Shown here in pieces: positions 25,125 through 36,316 of a stretch of 64,000 bases of DNA. Each line of letters begins with the position of its first letter. Position 1 is the first letter of the stretch. The stretch is from Eledone cirrhosa. Its lineage: Eukaryota. The notes below the pieces were generated by a model, which was not told where the DNA came from, searched no databases, and saw only the letters and a list, made by a program, of their open reading frames with translations. The stretch covers positions 57,350,001 to 57,414,000 of the forward strand of contig OZ024743.1 of the NCBI GenBank assembly GCA_964016885.1. Reading direction: 5' to 3'. The position numbers and the translations under genes were made by a program.

Positions 25125-25773
25125 CTAGCCGAATTACCCGCGTCTTGCTGTGTTTCACACATTTTTTTTTGTAAGAAAATGATGATTGATTTTAAATCAG
25201 TGATATAATTTATGGAGAAAAATTCTGCATTTCAATATTACTCAATGTAAAATGTAATGCATACAAAATTGGAAAACATTATTTTTTGTAATATATTTTT
25301 TAATTACCTCCTTTTACGGACTGAGTTCAAATCCCGCCGAGGTTAACTTTGCTTTTCATCCTTACGGGGTCGATAAAATAAAGTGCCAGTAATGCTCTGG
25401 AGTAATTGCTGGCTTTGTGCCATAAGTAGGAACAATTATTTTTTGTAATATATCAAATCAAAATTACATTATTAAATCTTATTCTTATTTTGTTTCTTGT
25501 AAATAATTTTTTTCAAAATATCAATTCAAACCTTTTGTGAATAGGCACCATATCTTGTCATTTACCTATGGTTTAAATTTCATATAAATCGAAGGGAAAA
25601 CATTTTCAGCAGGGGTTTGTGCCCCCGGAGACACACACATACATATTCACAAACATACATATACACATTCATTCACACACAGCGTAGTTTTTTCAGCACT
25701 CCTTCCTTCATTTTTACAAATTACTCATCTCTCATTACGTGTTGTGACAGAAGCGCAGACATTGATATATAGA
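25125..25773 (-). mobile_element. Probable non-autonomous Helitron containing a SINE A fragment (25315-25440)
   Basis: Minus strand reads A|TCTATATATC at the 5' end and a GC-rich subterminal cagcaagacgcgggtaattcggCTAG|T at the 3' end. Insertion between A and T with no TSD fits Helitrons; the hairpin is degenerate. Confidence 0.55.
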
Positions 25774-26213
25774 TACTTAACATAGATATGTTTTCAAAAT
25801 GTCATGTCAGAAATGTTTTACAATAATACTATGGAGGTTTTCAGTGTAGGAAGTTTATTGTTTGTTTGGGTCTGTTGATCGTTGCACTGTTGTGTGAGCA
25901 AAATACCTAGACTGAAACGACACTGACAGAAATCGTGTTCACTAAATAATAGTATATGGAGCTTCCCTACACTCTGTTTTTCTCTGTCTGTCTGGGCTTC
26001 ATCTCTCTCTTTCGCTCTCTCCTCTCTCTCTTTACACTCACACACACACACGCACATATACATATATATATGTACACAGAAAAGTCACCGTGGAAAAAAA
26101 AAACATTGCAAGAGAACACAATATTATATATATATATATACTGTATATATTCTATTCTGTTCTCTTGTAACACACACACACACACATACACACACATACA
26201 CATACACACAAAG

Positions 26214-26303
<90 letters not shown>

Positions 26304-26579
26304 TATCTTTGCTAAACTAAAGATAACTAAGTGAATAGCAGAGTAGCAGATACACTAATATTCAGTGTTAATAGAATCTTTGCGATATTGTGATATGACC
26401 TATTGATATATTTACATGGCAGCGATATCATTTCTCTGTTCATTTGGCAACCGGATCAACATGGCTTCCAACTAGCAGACAAAGACACGAGATAACCATG
26501 TAGCATCTACCCTTTCGTTCTATTATCACAACCTTCTCTCTTAGATAAACAAAAAAAAAAATGGACATGACACCAGGAT

Positions 26580-26910
26580 CTAAACAGCAACAAAAATGAC
26601 GTCTACCACGACAACAATACCATTAATAATAATGTAAACAACATCAGCATCAACAACAACAATAATAGCAAAGACTGCGACAACAACAACAACAACAACA
26701 ACAACAGCAACAACAATAACAACAGCAACAACAACAATGAAGACTGCGACAACAACAATAACAACAACAACAACAACAATAATAAAGACTGCGACAACAA
26801 CAATAGCAACAATAACAACAGAAACAACAATAACAACAATAACAACAATAACAACAATAACAACAATAATAACAACAAAGACAGCGACAACAATTATAAC
26901 AATAATAATT
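26580..26910. repeat. (AAC/AAT)n low-complexity tract with a recurring aagactgcgaca motif
   Basis: Direct reading. Confidence 0.85.
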
Positions 26911-27050
26911 GTTTCCGTAAGGATGAAAAGCAAAGTTAACCTCGGCGGAATTTGAACTCAGGATAGCAAGGGCGTCAAAGCATGAATGAATATATAAATA
27001 TAAACGTCAAAGCATAGCGTCCGACCCTCTACCGATACTGCCAATTCACC
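26903..27050 (-). mobile_element. SINE family A, internally deleted
   Basis: ccgtaaggatgaaaagcaaagttaacctcggcgg...ccgatactgccaattcacc. Confidence 0.8.
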
Positions 27051-27051
27051 A

Positions 27052-28250
27052 ATGATTTCATTTATTGGCCACAAGGGCCGACATGTAGGGGACAATACAA
27101 AGACCGAGGCGGGGTCGATCTTCACTATGGACTCGGCCGATAGCAGGATCCGTTCTACACGCGACAGCAGCTGTTCCACATAACTCCACAAGTCAGTAAT
27201 ACACGGACATTGGACAAGTGCGTGCAGAACGGTTTCGTCGCTCTGTACACATCTTATGCAGGTCCGTCTGACAGCATTTCCGTGCCTGTAGAGTTTATCC
27301 CGAACCGGCAGTGCCTTCCGGTAGCATTGTCAAGCGAGGGATTTCTGGAAATTGTCCATCGTCCTCGGCTCGAAAGTCCTCCGGAACAGACTGGTCAGTT
27401 CGACTTCGTCAAGGCCCAAAGCCTCTCCGAGTGCGTCATCGCACTTGTCCACCACTAATCCTCTATAGAACCCGAGAGTGGAAGTTCCACTGATCGCATT
27501 CCCGCTTGGTAGAGGGCAGTAAGTGCCTGGCAACATTCCAAGTGTCAGTCACCCAGTCTCGGTCTCTTCTTGACCCAGGTCTGTAGCTCAGTCAAAGAAA
27601 CGAGCTGCGGAAGGGCCCGTCTTGTAAACGGCGATCAGACCTGTTCACCGTTTAGGCAGAATATCTGGAGATGTCGCAACATCAGCACACGTCTTCGCAT
27701 CATTAGCCACGGCATGCCCAGCCCTCCGCGTAGAGGGTGCTGGCAGCAGATGGACCGCCTCACCAACGGAACTTGTCCTCTCCACAAGAATTTGAAGAGG
27801 AGCCGTTCCAACTTGACGAGGCGCGGACTGGGGCAAGGCACGACGGTCAGGTGGTAGTAGATGACGGACGCTATGTACGCATTCGCCAACTCCGCGCGAC
27901 CTTTCAGCGATAGCTTCCTCTCAGCCCATTTATGGATGAGACTGGATACCCTGCTCGTTACCTCGTCGCAATTCTTATCCACCGGGAGATCTGGCCCGAA
28001 CCAAACTCCAAGCACTTTACCGGTCTGTCCGTCCAGCGCCCAACGACGCTGTTGGACGGCATGGACTTGCCTCTCCAGGTGCCGAGTTGCAAGCCCACCG
28101 ACTTTTCCGGGTTAAGTTTTGCTCCCGTCAACCTTTCATATTCCTCCAATAAGTTGCCGACCACCTCGGTTCCTGAGGTGTCCGACACCATCACGGTGAT
28201 GTCGTCCGCATAAGCCGACACAGCCCTTCCACGTCCCGGTTCGAGCCCTG
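27052..28250 (-). pseudogene. 5'-truncated, decayed Tx1-related ORF2 fragment (different subfamily)
   Basis: AVSAYADDITV, KLSLKGRAE, GGLGMPWLMMRR and MDNFQKSLA are shared with ORF2 at 12-15 kb; 3' end AATAAATGAAAT. Confidence 0.9.
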
Positions 28251-28469
28251 CAACATACTTTTTTATTATATATAAAAAATACCTTACCACTACAACCACC
28301 ATAATACTCTTACTTACCCGCTTAAAGTGCTTGTATTAAATGTACCACCCTGCCACACAATAATCATATATAAATGAGACACACTTGCATGCCCCACGTG
28401 TAACTCACGCATACACTAACTACTACATCTGACTAACAAACTATCCTCTTGCATTATCTGTTAACCGCC

Positions 28470-28920
28470 GAATGTATTTTAATTTTGTTTTAATTTTGTT
28501 TTAATTTTAATTTTGATTTTGACTTTGAATTTGAATTGCTATACAGAAATAATATAGTATAATATATGTCACTCCACTGTACATCAATATATATATATGT
28601 ATCTGTATGTCTCTTGCGTTGGAAAGGAGGTCAATTATGTGTACAAACATTGAAAATTGCTCCGAAGACTCCAAACCTAGGTTTGGATGAAACAATTGTA
28701 AGTGAATAAATGCTTTGAACATAGCTTTGATTCTTGTGAATTCTATATAACTGCTCTGTAGAACAACTGATGTTATTACATTGAGCTATTTATCTTACTG
28801 GTAATAAGGTAGTAATAAATTACTGACCTTCACTGTTTAGGGTTTAAAATATACATAACTATAAAAAGTTTTAGTATATACATAACCATAAATAGTATCC
28901 TTAATATTATATATATATAT
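28470..28920 (+). repeat. HHR-bearing dispersed repeat (Penelope-end-like), second copy at ~43150-43620
   Basis: Long visible homology between the two loci; both end in (TA)n. Confidence 0.8.
28657..28705 (+). ncRNA. Type I hammerhead ribozyme motif (CCGAAGA core variant)
   Basis: TTGCT-CCGAAGA-c-TCCAAAC-ctag-GTTTGGA-t-GAAA-CAATTG-TA-AGTGA; palindromic stem III; GUA cleavage triplet. Confidence 0.7.
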
Positions 28921-29140
28921 GTAAAAGGTAAACAGAAATTACAACACAATCAGTACAGTATATGGAAGGGATATATTAGGTAAACGCTTGACATAGCAGG
29001 AAGAGGGTCTTAACGTTTCGGACGCTAGTCCTTCATCAGAAGAAATAATGAGAAATAAGATATATTGAGGGGACGGGCGGGTTGGAATTGGAAAAAATGT
29101 ATTTAGATAAAAATAACAGGTCCATTAATGTTGACATCTC
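28921..29140 (-). repeat. ~220-bp HHR-bearing dispersed repeat; copy at 44788-45005 (+), fragment at ~51160-51210
   Basis: Near reverse-complement identity to 44.8-45.0 kb. Confidence 0.85.
29008..29043 (-). ncRNA. Minimal type I hammerhead ribozyme
   Basis: Minus strand: TCTT-CTGATGA-a-GGAC-tagc-GTCC-GAAA-CGTT-AAGA. Palindromic AACGTT stem III is typical of dimer-acting minimal HHRs. Confidence 0.8.
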
Positions 29141-29292
29141 TTGCAAAACTGTTGGGGCTGGTGTTTTGTGTATGATTTTTTTATTTTAGAAAAGTGGATG
29201 ATGGAGCGCGTCTACCTGAAATGGAAAAAAAACGTTTTGCAAAAAGAGCTATACTTGAGCACATGCGTAAGCATGTGCATGTGTGTGTGCGC

Positions 29293-29362
<70 letters not shown>

Positions 29363-29914
29363 ATACGTCCGTACGAAGCTAAGAAGAAATGTGCGTGTAT
29401 ATGTGAGTAAAAGAGTGTGTGTGTGCATGTAAGTACGACGCTAGGAGCAAAAATATGTTAATATACGGGTGTGTATGTGTGTATACAGAGCAGTGAAGGG
29501 AAAAGTGGAGTGAGCATAAACGATGATGACATCTTCTTTATTGTTGTTCCCGTCTGCCGTGGGCACGAAGGTGGCTGTGGAGGCCGATCCTTGACGTGCA
29601 GGTCCGGGAACAGTGGGGGAAGGGGAAGAGACCGGAGACAGACTGACAATTCCCAGAGGTTACCTCCACCTCTCGCCCATCGCCGCAGGCCTTGGGAGTG
29701 TGCGCTAAAGAAGAAACCTGTGCGGGAAAGGTTTATAGTGGGAGGGCCAGTGCACAGTGACGGTCCAACTCACTCGGCCGCAGAAGCCAGAATCCGGTGG
29801 TGCGGAGGACCGTCACGACCAGGGACTTCCTTGGCTGCAGTGGATGGCCACGACGTCTGTAGTGCCTTGCCGTGCCCTCCCTACAGAGGTGCATGCCCCT
29901 CCCTGACACCCCAG

Positions 29915-30175
29915 GCATATACACACGCATATACATACACATACATATGTACATGTGTATATACATATTTACACATATTTGGATGGCCGTTGACTCTTAT
30001 GAGTTCTTCAGCCCTTTGTTAGGTTTTGTTTTTTGTCCTGCAGGGTGTCCAAAATCACCCTCCTCACCAAGTAAACTTGGTGGGGTTGCCGGTTTAGACA
30101 CTGATGACCCGACCATGCGACAGGTTGTACTGGGCTAGATGTTACCAGTAGCACTCAAGAATGACCTGACACTAG
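29915..30175 (-). mobile_element. RTE-like 5'UTR-derived fragment, same family as 56.3 kb and the 61.8-64 kb array
   Basis: Shares tcaggtca..gctactggtaacat..caccaag..cttggtgaggagggtga..cctgcaggac..aagagtcaacggccatcc with the array units. Confidence 0.7.
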
Positions 30176-30587
30176 CAGAGGTCGGTTTCCCAACGGGACG
30201 CCGCTCTACGATCTGTGGACACCGCACGCCATGCAGCCTGATGGGAACGGGTCGCGACGACGGATCGAAGTGCGTCCGACGCCGGCACCCCGCGAATCGT
30301 ACGCCGGCGTGGCGGTCGGCGGTCAACCCGTCGAAACGAGAGACCGCCACCGACGCGATCGCCGACGACGACGGCGCCTTCAACAACAGCGGACTGAGTC
30401 CCCTCGCGATCGCGGTGGCATATTTACGTAAAGCTCTGGGTGATACCCAGAAACATTAGTGTCTGCAGTTCTGTTCGCATGCCAACATAAGAGCAAGAAT
30501 GAAGGGTTCATTCTCCTGACATGGCTATAAAATTGAGCCTTGTTTGCAAAATTGCAAGTGAATCGAATGTTATTATTAATATTCGGA

Positions 30588-30810
30588 AGGGCGGAGGATT
30601 GGCAGTATCGCTGGAGGGTTTGATGCCATGCTTTGCAGCATAGAGTTACAGCCCTTTATGATCTGAGTTCAAATCCCGTCGAGGTTAACTTTGCCTTTCA
30701 TCCTTACGGGGTCGATAAAATAAAGTACCAGTAACGTACTGGGTCGATTTAATCGACGTTCCCCTCCCCCAAAATTGATGGCCTTGTGCCTATGTAAGAA
30801 ACCATTATTA
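30588..30810 (+). mobile_element. SINE family A
   Basis: Full consensus with A and B boxes. Confidence 0.9.
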
Positions 30811-30867
30811 ATATTCCAAAAACTCAGATTACATTTATTGTATTCAGCCATGTAGAGCGAAATTCTC

Positions 30868-30947
<80 letters not shown>

Positions 30948-31020
30948 GTATGTATGTAGGATATCCGTAGATAAAAGATCAAAGAAAGCAATGTGCTCAA
31001 TCTATTACAAGAGAGCTTAT

Positions 31021-31284
31021 GTAGTATAAATGAAGTTTCATACACTTAACATGTATGTGCGATTATTGGTTTCGGGGTCCATTTATGACTACCACTATAT
31101 AGTGGAGGAGGCTCTTCCAAACTGACATCCCATCGGGCACTCGGTTTATCCCATTTTTGTCCTACTGCCCGATGAGGGATCAGTTTAGAAGAGCCCTCTC
31201 CACTATATAGTGGTAATCATAACTGGACCCCGAAACCAATGGTCGCACATACATGTTAACAGTATGAAACTTTATTTATACTAC
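31021..31284. repeat. Fold-back element with ~118-bp inverted arms carrying a hammerhead
   Basis: 31021-31140 is the imperfect reverse complement of 31166-31284; right end runs into (CA)n. Confidence 0.85.
31166..31247 (+). ncRNA. Type I hammerhead motif with extended stem II
   Basis: TGC-CCGATGA-GGGatCAGTT...CCACTATATAGTGG...AACTGgaCCCc-GAAA-CCAATGG-TC-GCA; GUC triplet. Confidence 0.65.
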
Positions 31285-31316
<32 letters not shown>

Positions 31317-31521
31317 CCACACACCCACACCCACACGCACACACTCACACACACACACAAACACACCCACACACCCACACACCCACACCCACACACCCAC
31401 ACACACACATATATATATATATGTATATATATATAATGAAAGAAGTGTGGTAAGGAACCAGATGGACCATAACGCTCTAGAATACTCGATACTTTAGGTA
31501 GTAGAGTGGGTAATATGAAAA

Positions 31522-31646
31522 GAGTCAGAACCCCGACGGCAGAGCTCAAGCCGTTTCGACAGCTATTTCTGGACTAAATTACATTTTTATAAAAAAATGA
31601 AATAGCTGTCTAAACGGCTTGAACCCTGCCGTCGGGGTTCTGACTC
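31522..31646. repeat. Inverted repeat, ~48-bp GC-rich arms with ~29-bp AT-rich spacer
   Basis: gagtcagaaccccgacggcag...gctatttc / gaaatagc...ctgccgtcggggttctgactc. Confidence 0.85.
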
Positions 31647-31823
31647 AAGGCCTCGGGCGCACCCGAAATACACCGATGTCCTGTAATTCAGCGCCGAAAC
31701 ATCGGTTCGGGAAACATTTACACCTTACGATGGAAACTCCTTTCTTCCTTTCTCCTCCTGTTCCGTCCTAACCACCATCCTAAACCTTGTTTTTAGTAAC
31801 CACACAGCTCCTTTCGTTTCATA

Positions 31824-31887
<64 letters not shown>

Positions 31888-32192
31888 AAGGTTAAACAAG
31901 GTTCAATGAATAAATCAATGAATAAAGTTTTACAATAGATTAGAAGCACTCATCAGAAATGGTTTTCCGGAGTTATAAATATTAATTCAAAATATTAACA
32001 AATATAGACATTCGTGTGATCAAGTATATTTTATTATACATATATCCGCATGAAGAACTCAATGTAATCCAAATATGAAAAGAGAAGATGCATTCAAAAA
32101 TTTTCGATGAAAATTACAGGAAAACAGAGTCAAGATAAATTAATAAAAACAATGAATAAAAACAACGAACAAGTTCCTTATATTAAAAAAAT

Positions 32193-32326
32193 CATCATTT
32201 TACAATCGTTTCTAGGATATATATGTGTGTTGGTATGTATATCATATAGATCTATGTAAAAATATTACAAACTATCAGAGGAAATATACATACCCTCACA
32301 TATATATGCTGTCTTCAGAAATAATG
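32193..32326 (-). ncRNA. Type I hammerhead ribozyme with very long stem II
   Basis: Minus strand: CATTATTT-CTGAAGA-c-AGc-ATATATATGTG...CACATATATAT-cCT-a-GAAA-CGATTG-TA-AAATGATG; 8-bp stem I; GUA triplet. Confidence 0.75.
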
Positions 32327-32569
32327 AGATTTGTTTATTGAAAAAAACAAACAACAAAGATTTAATATAATAGGTCTGTTTGGGAACAGGTTTTGAATTG
32401 ACCAATAGAAAAGTAGTAAGAAGTCAAGTTGATAGAATAGTAGTAGTAGAAATTTAATTTAGGGGTAGAGGAATGCAGACTTATGTTTTGAATGGAAAGA
32501 ATACTTTGAATGAAAAGAATACTTTGGGGATGAAAAGAGATCAAGCCGGTGAAGGGTACACGAAAATTT

Positions 32570-32900
32570 GATGTTATTAAAGAATAATGTTAAAAACGAA
32601 GGAGAGTAAAATTTTAGGGTAAAGGTATTAGTGAGAAATACCAATCTTATTTAAAACACAAGGAATTTAGATCTATAACAAGAAATTAAATTAATTGATA
32701 GGTATACTTATAGGGATAAATTTATATTAATTCATATGGATGTGATAAATAAGAATTAGATGTTATTAAAGAATGTTGTTAAAACGAAGGAAAATAAAAT
32801 TTTGGGATAAGTGTAGTAGTGAGAAATACCAATCTTATATAGACTACAAGGAATCTAGATTCATAACAGGAAATTTAATTAATTTATATGTATACTTTTA
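32570..32900. repeat. Diverged ~190-bp-period tandem duplication in the Penelope 3'UTR
   Basis: gatgttattaaagaat...gtgagaaataccaatcttat appears at ~32570 and ~32760. Confidence 0.8.
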
Positions 32901-33040
32901 GATATTAATTTTAGGAAAAGAGAGCTGTAAGAGGGAAATAAAATTATGAAGTTCTCTGTAGTAAAGTACTAATTATAGGTTAACTAAATTAAAAAAAAAC
33001 TAATTATAATAATATGTAAAATATAAATGTAAGGTGTATA

Positions 33041-33560
33041 TTAATTAGGTTTATAATATTTGAAAGTTCTTCTAATTCTATGATTGCAAGATATAATTAA
33101 TTCTCGTCGCTTATTTAAGAGGATATCCTTAGATTTCATTATTTCAAAAAGTTCCTGGGAGCATAATCTACACTCATATCTGTTATTTTGATAAGGGGTA
33201 GCCCTTTTGTGCACACTCCAGGTCAGGTTGTAATCAATATTCTTCTTTCTATAATTATTAATTGTTTCAGCTAAGGATGTTGTATTAGCTAATGCGGCAT
33301 TTTTTAAACTATGTTTGTGGGTATTAAATCTTACTTTAAATTGGTTAGACGTAGCTCCTATATATGAATAAGTTGAGTCCTTAGTGCTAATTTTACATTT
33401 ATATACTATGTTATTAATAAGGCAATTTCCTTTTAATGGGCAATTTCTTTTGTTTCTAGAGTTACAACCATTCGTGAATATTATATCAGGGGAGTTAGTC
33501 AAATTTGGTGTGGAATTTACTCGACTTGTTATATGTGAAGGAGATGGTGGTTTGTTGCGG
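33041..33560 (-). CDS. GIY-YIG endonuclease domain of a Penelope-like element (possibly Nematis-like); RT absent
   Basis: CNSRNKRNCPLKGNC..NIVYKC..SYIGAT..FKVRFNTH..CRLCSQE..LLNKRRELIISCNH; open frame but no credible start codon. Confidence 0.85.
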
Positions 33561-33759
33561 TTTATATATATATACGCGGAGGATGTAAACACGTGTGTGC
33601 ATTAAATGTATGAGCGCATGTATCTTTGTATGCATGTATATACTGAATTATGTAAGTACGTATGTTTAAACTAATTTATATATATAGAGAGAAAGAGAGA
33701 GAGGGGGAGAGGATAAAGGAGAGAGAAAGGGGGAGTTCCGCGGAATATGGAGATAGAAT

Positions 33760-33820
33760 TCAACACTAACTTTTAGGCTACGTATCCTTCCATTCTGTCC
33801 GCCGGAGCTGTGGGGAGACA
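33760..33820 (+). mobile_element. Small 3' fragment of a CRE-like LINE
   Basis: ccttccattctgtccgccggagctgtggggag matches the 3' ends at 51.35 kb and 59.7 kb. Confidence 0.5.
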
Positions 33821-34043
33821 AGCCAATTATATTACGAATTCTGTTGAATAGTCCTATATATTGTGTAGTCACCTACTTTTCTATAGTTGTCATAGTTTTT
33901 GTCTTAGTGAACCTTTCTATTGAATCAGTGGGTGTACATTCTACTAAATCTAAAGCTTAGTGTAACCACCAATAACAGACTCCATCATATATTAGTTTCA
34001 TGTAAATATTACATGTAACAATTTTAAACGTCTTAACATATGA

Positions 34044-36157
34044 CACCGTGTAACAAAAATTTATTTTTTCTTTGTTCCTGGCTTGCAATCACTTTCTTTT
34101 GTGTTGCTTAGGTCCCAAATAAATAAAAAAAGTGCTATTAAACAGTTAAAAGTTTGGGTTTGTAAAAATTCTAAGCTAATCACTAGAATTATTTGTATGC
34201 TGGATTTTACGTTGTATGTAAATTTAATTTGCTTATGTTAAATGATTTTTTTTATATATGTTTCAGGTTAAATTAAAATTATAAAATAAAGAGTAATACC
34301 TAAAGAAAATTATAAAAGTGCAATAAAGTATAAAATTGTTAAAAAGTGGATTAAAGAGATTTATTGATACTGGATTTTCGCAGCCTGAATAAAGGGTAAG
34401 TTGTGTTTTAAGCACGAATTTTCATTAGCATTATTAGTGTTCTTTTATATTATTTAAATATGTATTTCCCTTTCCAATATTTATTTTGTATTGCATATCA
34501 AATTTATTTTCCAAGACAAGTATTATGATGAAGAGGAGGAGATGGATGCTGAGGACTTGGATTACCTGCCTGAGGTACCAGAAAAAGTTCCTCACTTCCC
34601 AAACCAAAAGATGTCAATGACTTGGTCAGGGATATGGGTCTGCCCAAGTCCAATGCAGAGCTATTCGTCTCCAGGATGAAGCAGTGGAACTTGGTCAAGG
34701 AGGAAGTGCAGGTGACAAGTCAGAGAAGTCGACACGAACCTTTCTCAGGCTTTTACACTCTTAGGGATGGCCTCTGCTTCTGCCATAACATGCCTGGACT
34801 GTTTGACGTTATTGGGGTGCCGTTTGTGCCCAAGGAGTGGCGGCTATTTATAGATAGCTCTACCACAAGTTTGAAGTCTGTCCTCCTCCACAATGGAAAC
34901 AAGTTCCCGACACTGCCCCTAGCTCATTCAGTCTGTCTGAACTGTCTGAAGGAAGATTACTACAGTGTGAAAGTCCTCTTGGAAGCTCTGCAATACAACC
35001 AGTACAATTGGGAAATCATTGGAGACTTCAAGATGGTGGCTTTCCTGCTTGGACTCCACGGAAGCTTTATCAAATTCCAATGCTTCCTCTGCCTTTGGGG
35101 CAGCAGAGCCACCTCTGACCACTACAAAAGAAATAACTGGGAGCAGCGAATAACAGACTCCATCAGAATTTGTAGTTGGGACCCGGAACGTCATGTGGGA
35201 GCCACTGGTTGATCCCAGGATTGTGCTCATGCCGCCACTTCATATTAAGTTGGGGTTGATGAAGCAGTTTGTGAAGGCTCTCAACCAAGAATCAGCCGCT
35301 TTTAAGTACCTTCTTGAGTTCTTCCCCAAGTTATCTGAGGCCAAAATCAAAGGTGGAATTTTTGTTGGACCTCAGATAAAGAAGGTGTTTGAGTCTACTG
35401 AGTTCTCCAATAAGCTCAATAGGATTGAGAGAACAGCATGGAACTGTTTCAAGGCAGTTGTTAAGGGCTTCCTGGGCAACTACAGAGCTGAAAACTACCA
35501 GCAACTGGTGCAGGATCTGATAAAGGCTTTTGGCGCCATGAGATGCAGGATGTCGCTTAAACTCCATATGCTGGACGCTCACCTGGAAAAATTCAAGGAC
35601 AATATGGGCGCCTACTCAGAAGAACAAGGCGAACGATTCCACCAAGATGTAAAAGAGATAGAGCGGAGGTACCAGGGCCACTACAATGAAAAAATGATGG
35701 GGGACTATATCTGGGGGCTAGTTCGGGAATGTGACCTGGACTACAACCGCAAATCCAGGAAATCTAGTCATTTCTGACGTGTATAAGTTGCTTTATAAGT
35801 GTTATTTGTTTTTACTTGTTTGCTTTTGATAAGCTTGTGTAATAAAATAAATATATACTCTGTTGATTTAATTATATGAACTGATAAATTTAACAAAAAT
35901 GTGTTTTTTCTTGAAAAATATGAAAATTTTGAAATATCAAACTCCTGACCACAAACCCAAACTTCTGATTAAATAATAGTGTTTTTTTTATAATAATTGT
36001 TTCTACTTTTGGCACAAGGCCAGCAATTATTCCAGTGTATTACTGGTACTTTATTTTATCGACCCCGTAAGGATAATTGGCAAAGTTAACCTAATGGGAT
36101 ATAACAAACAATGAAATGACACTTAGAACCGGGGAACAAAAAATATGTTACACGGTG
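34044..36157 (+). mobile_element. Chapaev3-like (CMC) DNA transposon, internally decayed
   Basis: Termini CACCGTGTAACA...TGTTACACGGTG; flanks TGA/TTA resemble a 3-bp TWA TSD. Subterminal inverted repeat aaagtttgggtttgt / acaaacccaaactt. SINE fragment (35991-36100) inside the right end. Confidence 0.8.
34515..35777 (+). pseudogene. Chapaev3-like transposase, frameshifted; N-terminal Cys-rich domain not found
   Basis: EWRLFIDSS..LKSVLLHNGN, GDFKMV..CFLCLW, MPPLHIKLGLMKQFVKAL, IKGGIFVGPQI, MSLKLH, SEEQGERFHQD..ERRYQG..MMGDY, in three frames. Confidence 0.85.
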
Positions 36158-36316
36158 TTATTTAATGTCCCTCTTCATGTCATTGTATAACTGCTTGGTT
36201 TATCTCTATGTATTATGTTTGTTATACCTTTCTATATATTTTTATTGTATGAATGGATGGATCTTGGTAGCAATAATAGAGTATTATAATTTTGTAATTA
36301 TTATTGTTATTATTAA

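Larger units (their letters stand above)
31885..33562 (-). mobile_element. 5'-truncated Penelope-like element: GIY-YIG endonuclease plus long 3'UTR/pLTR with hammerhead
   Basis: Bounded by (TA)n on both sides; endonuclease ORF and HHR are on the same strand. Confidence 0.8.
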
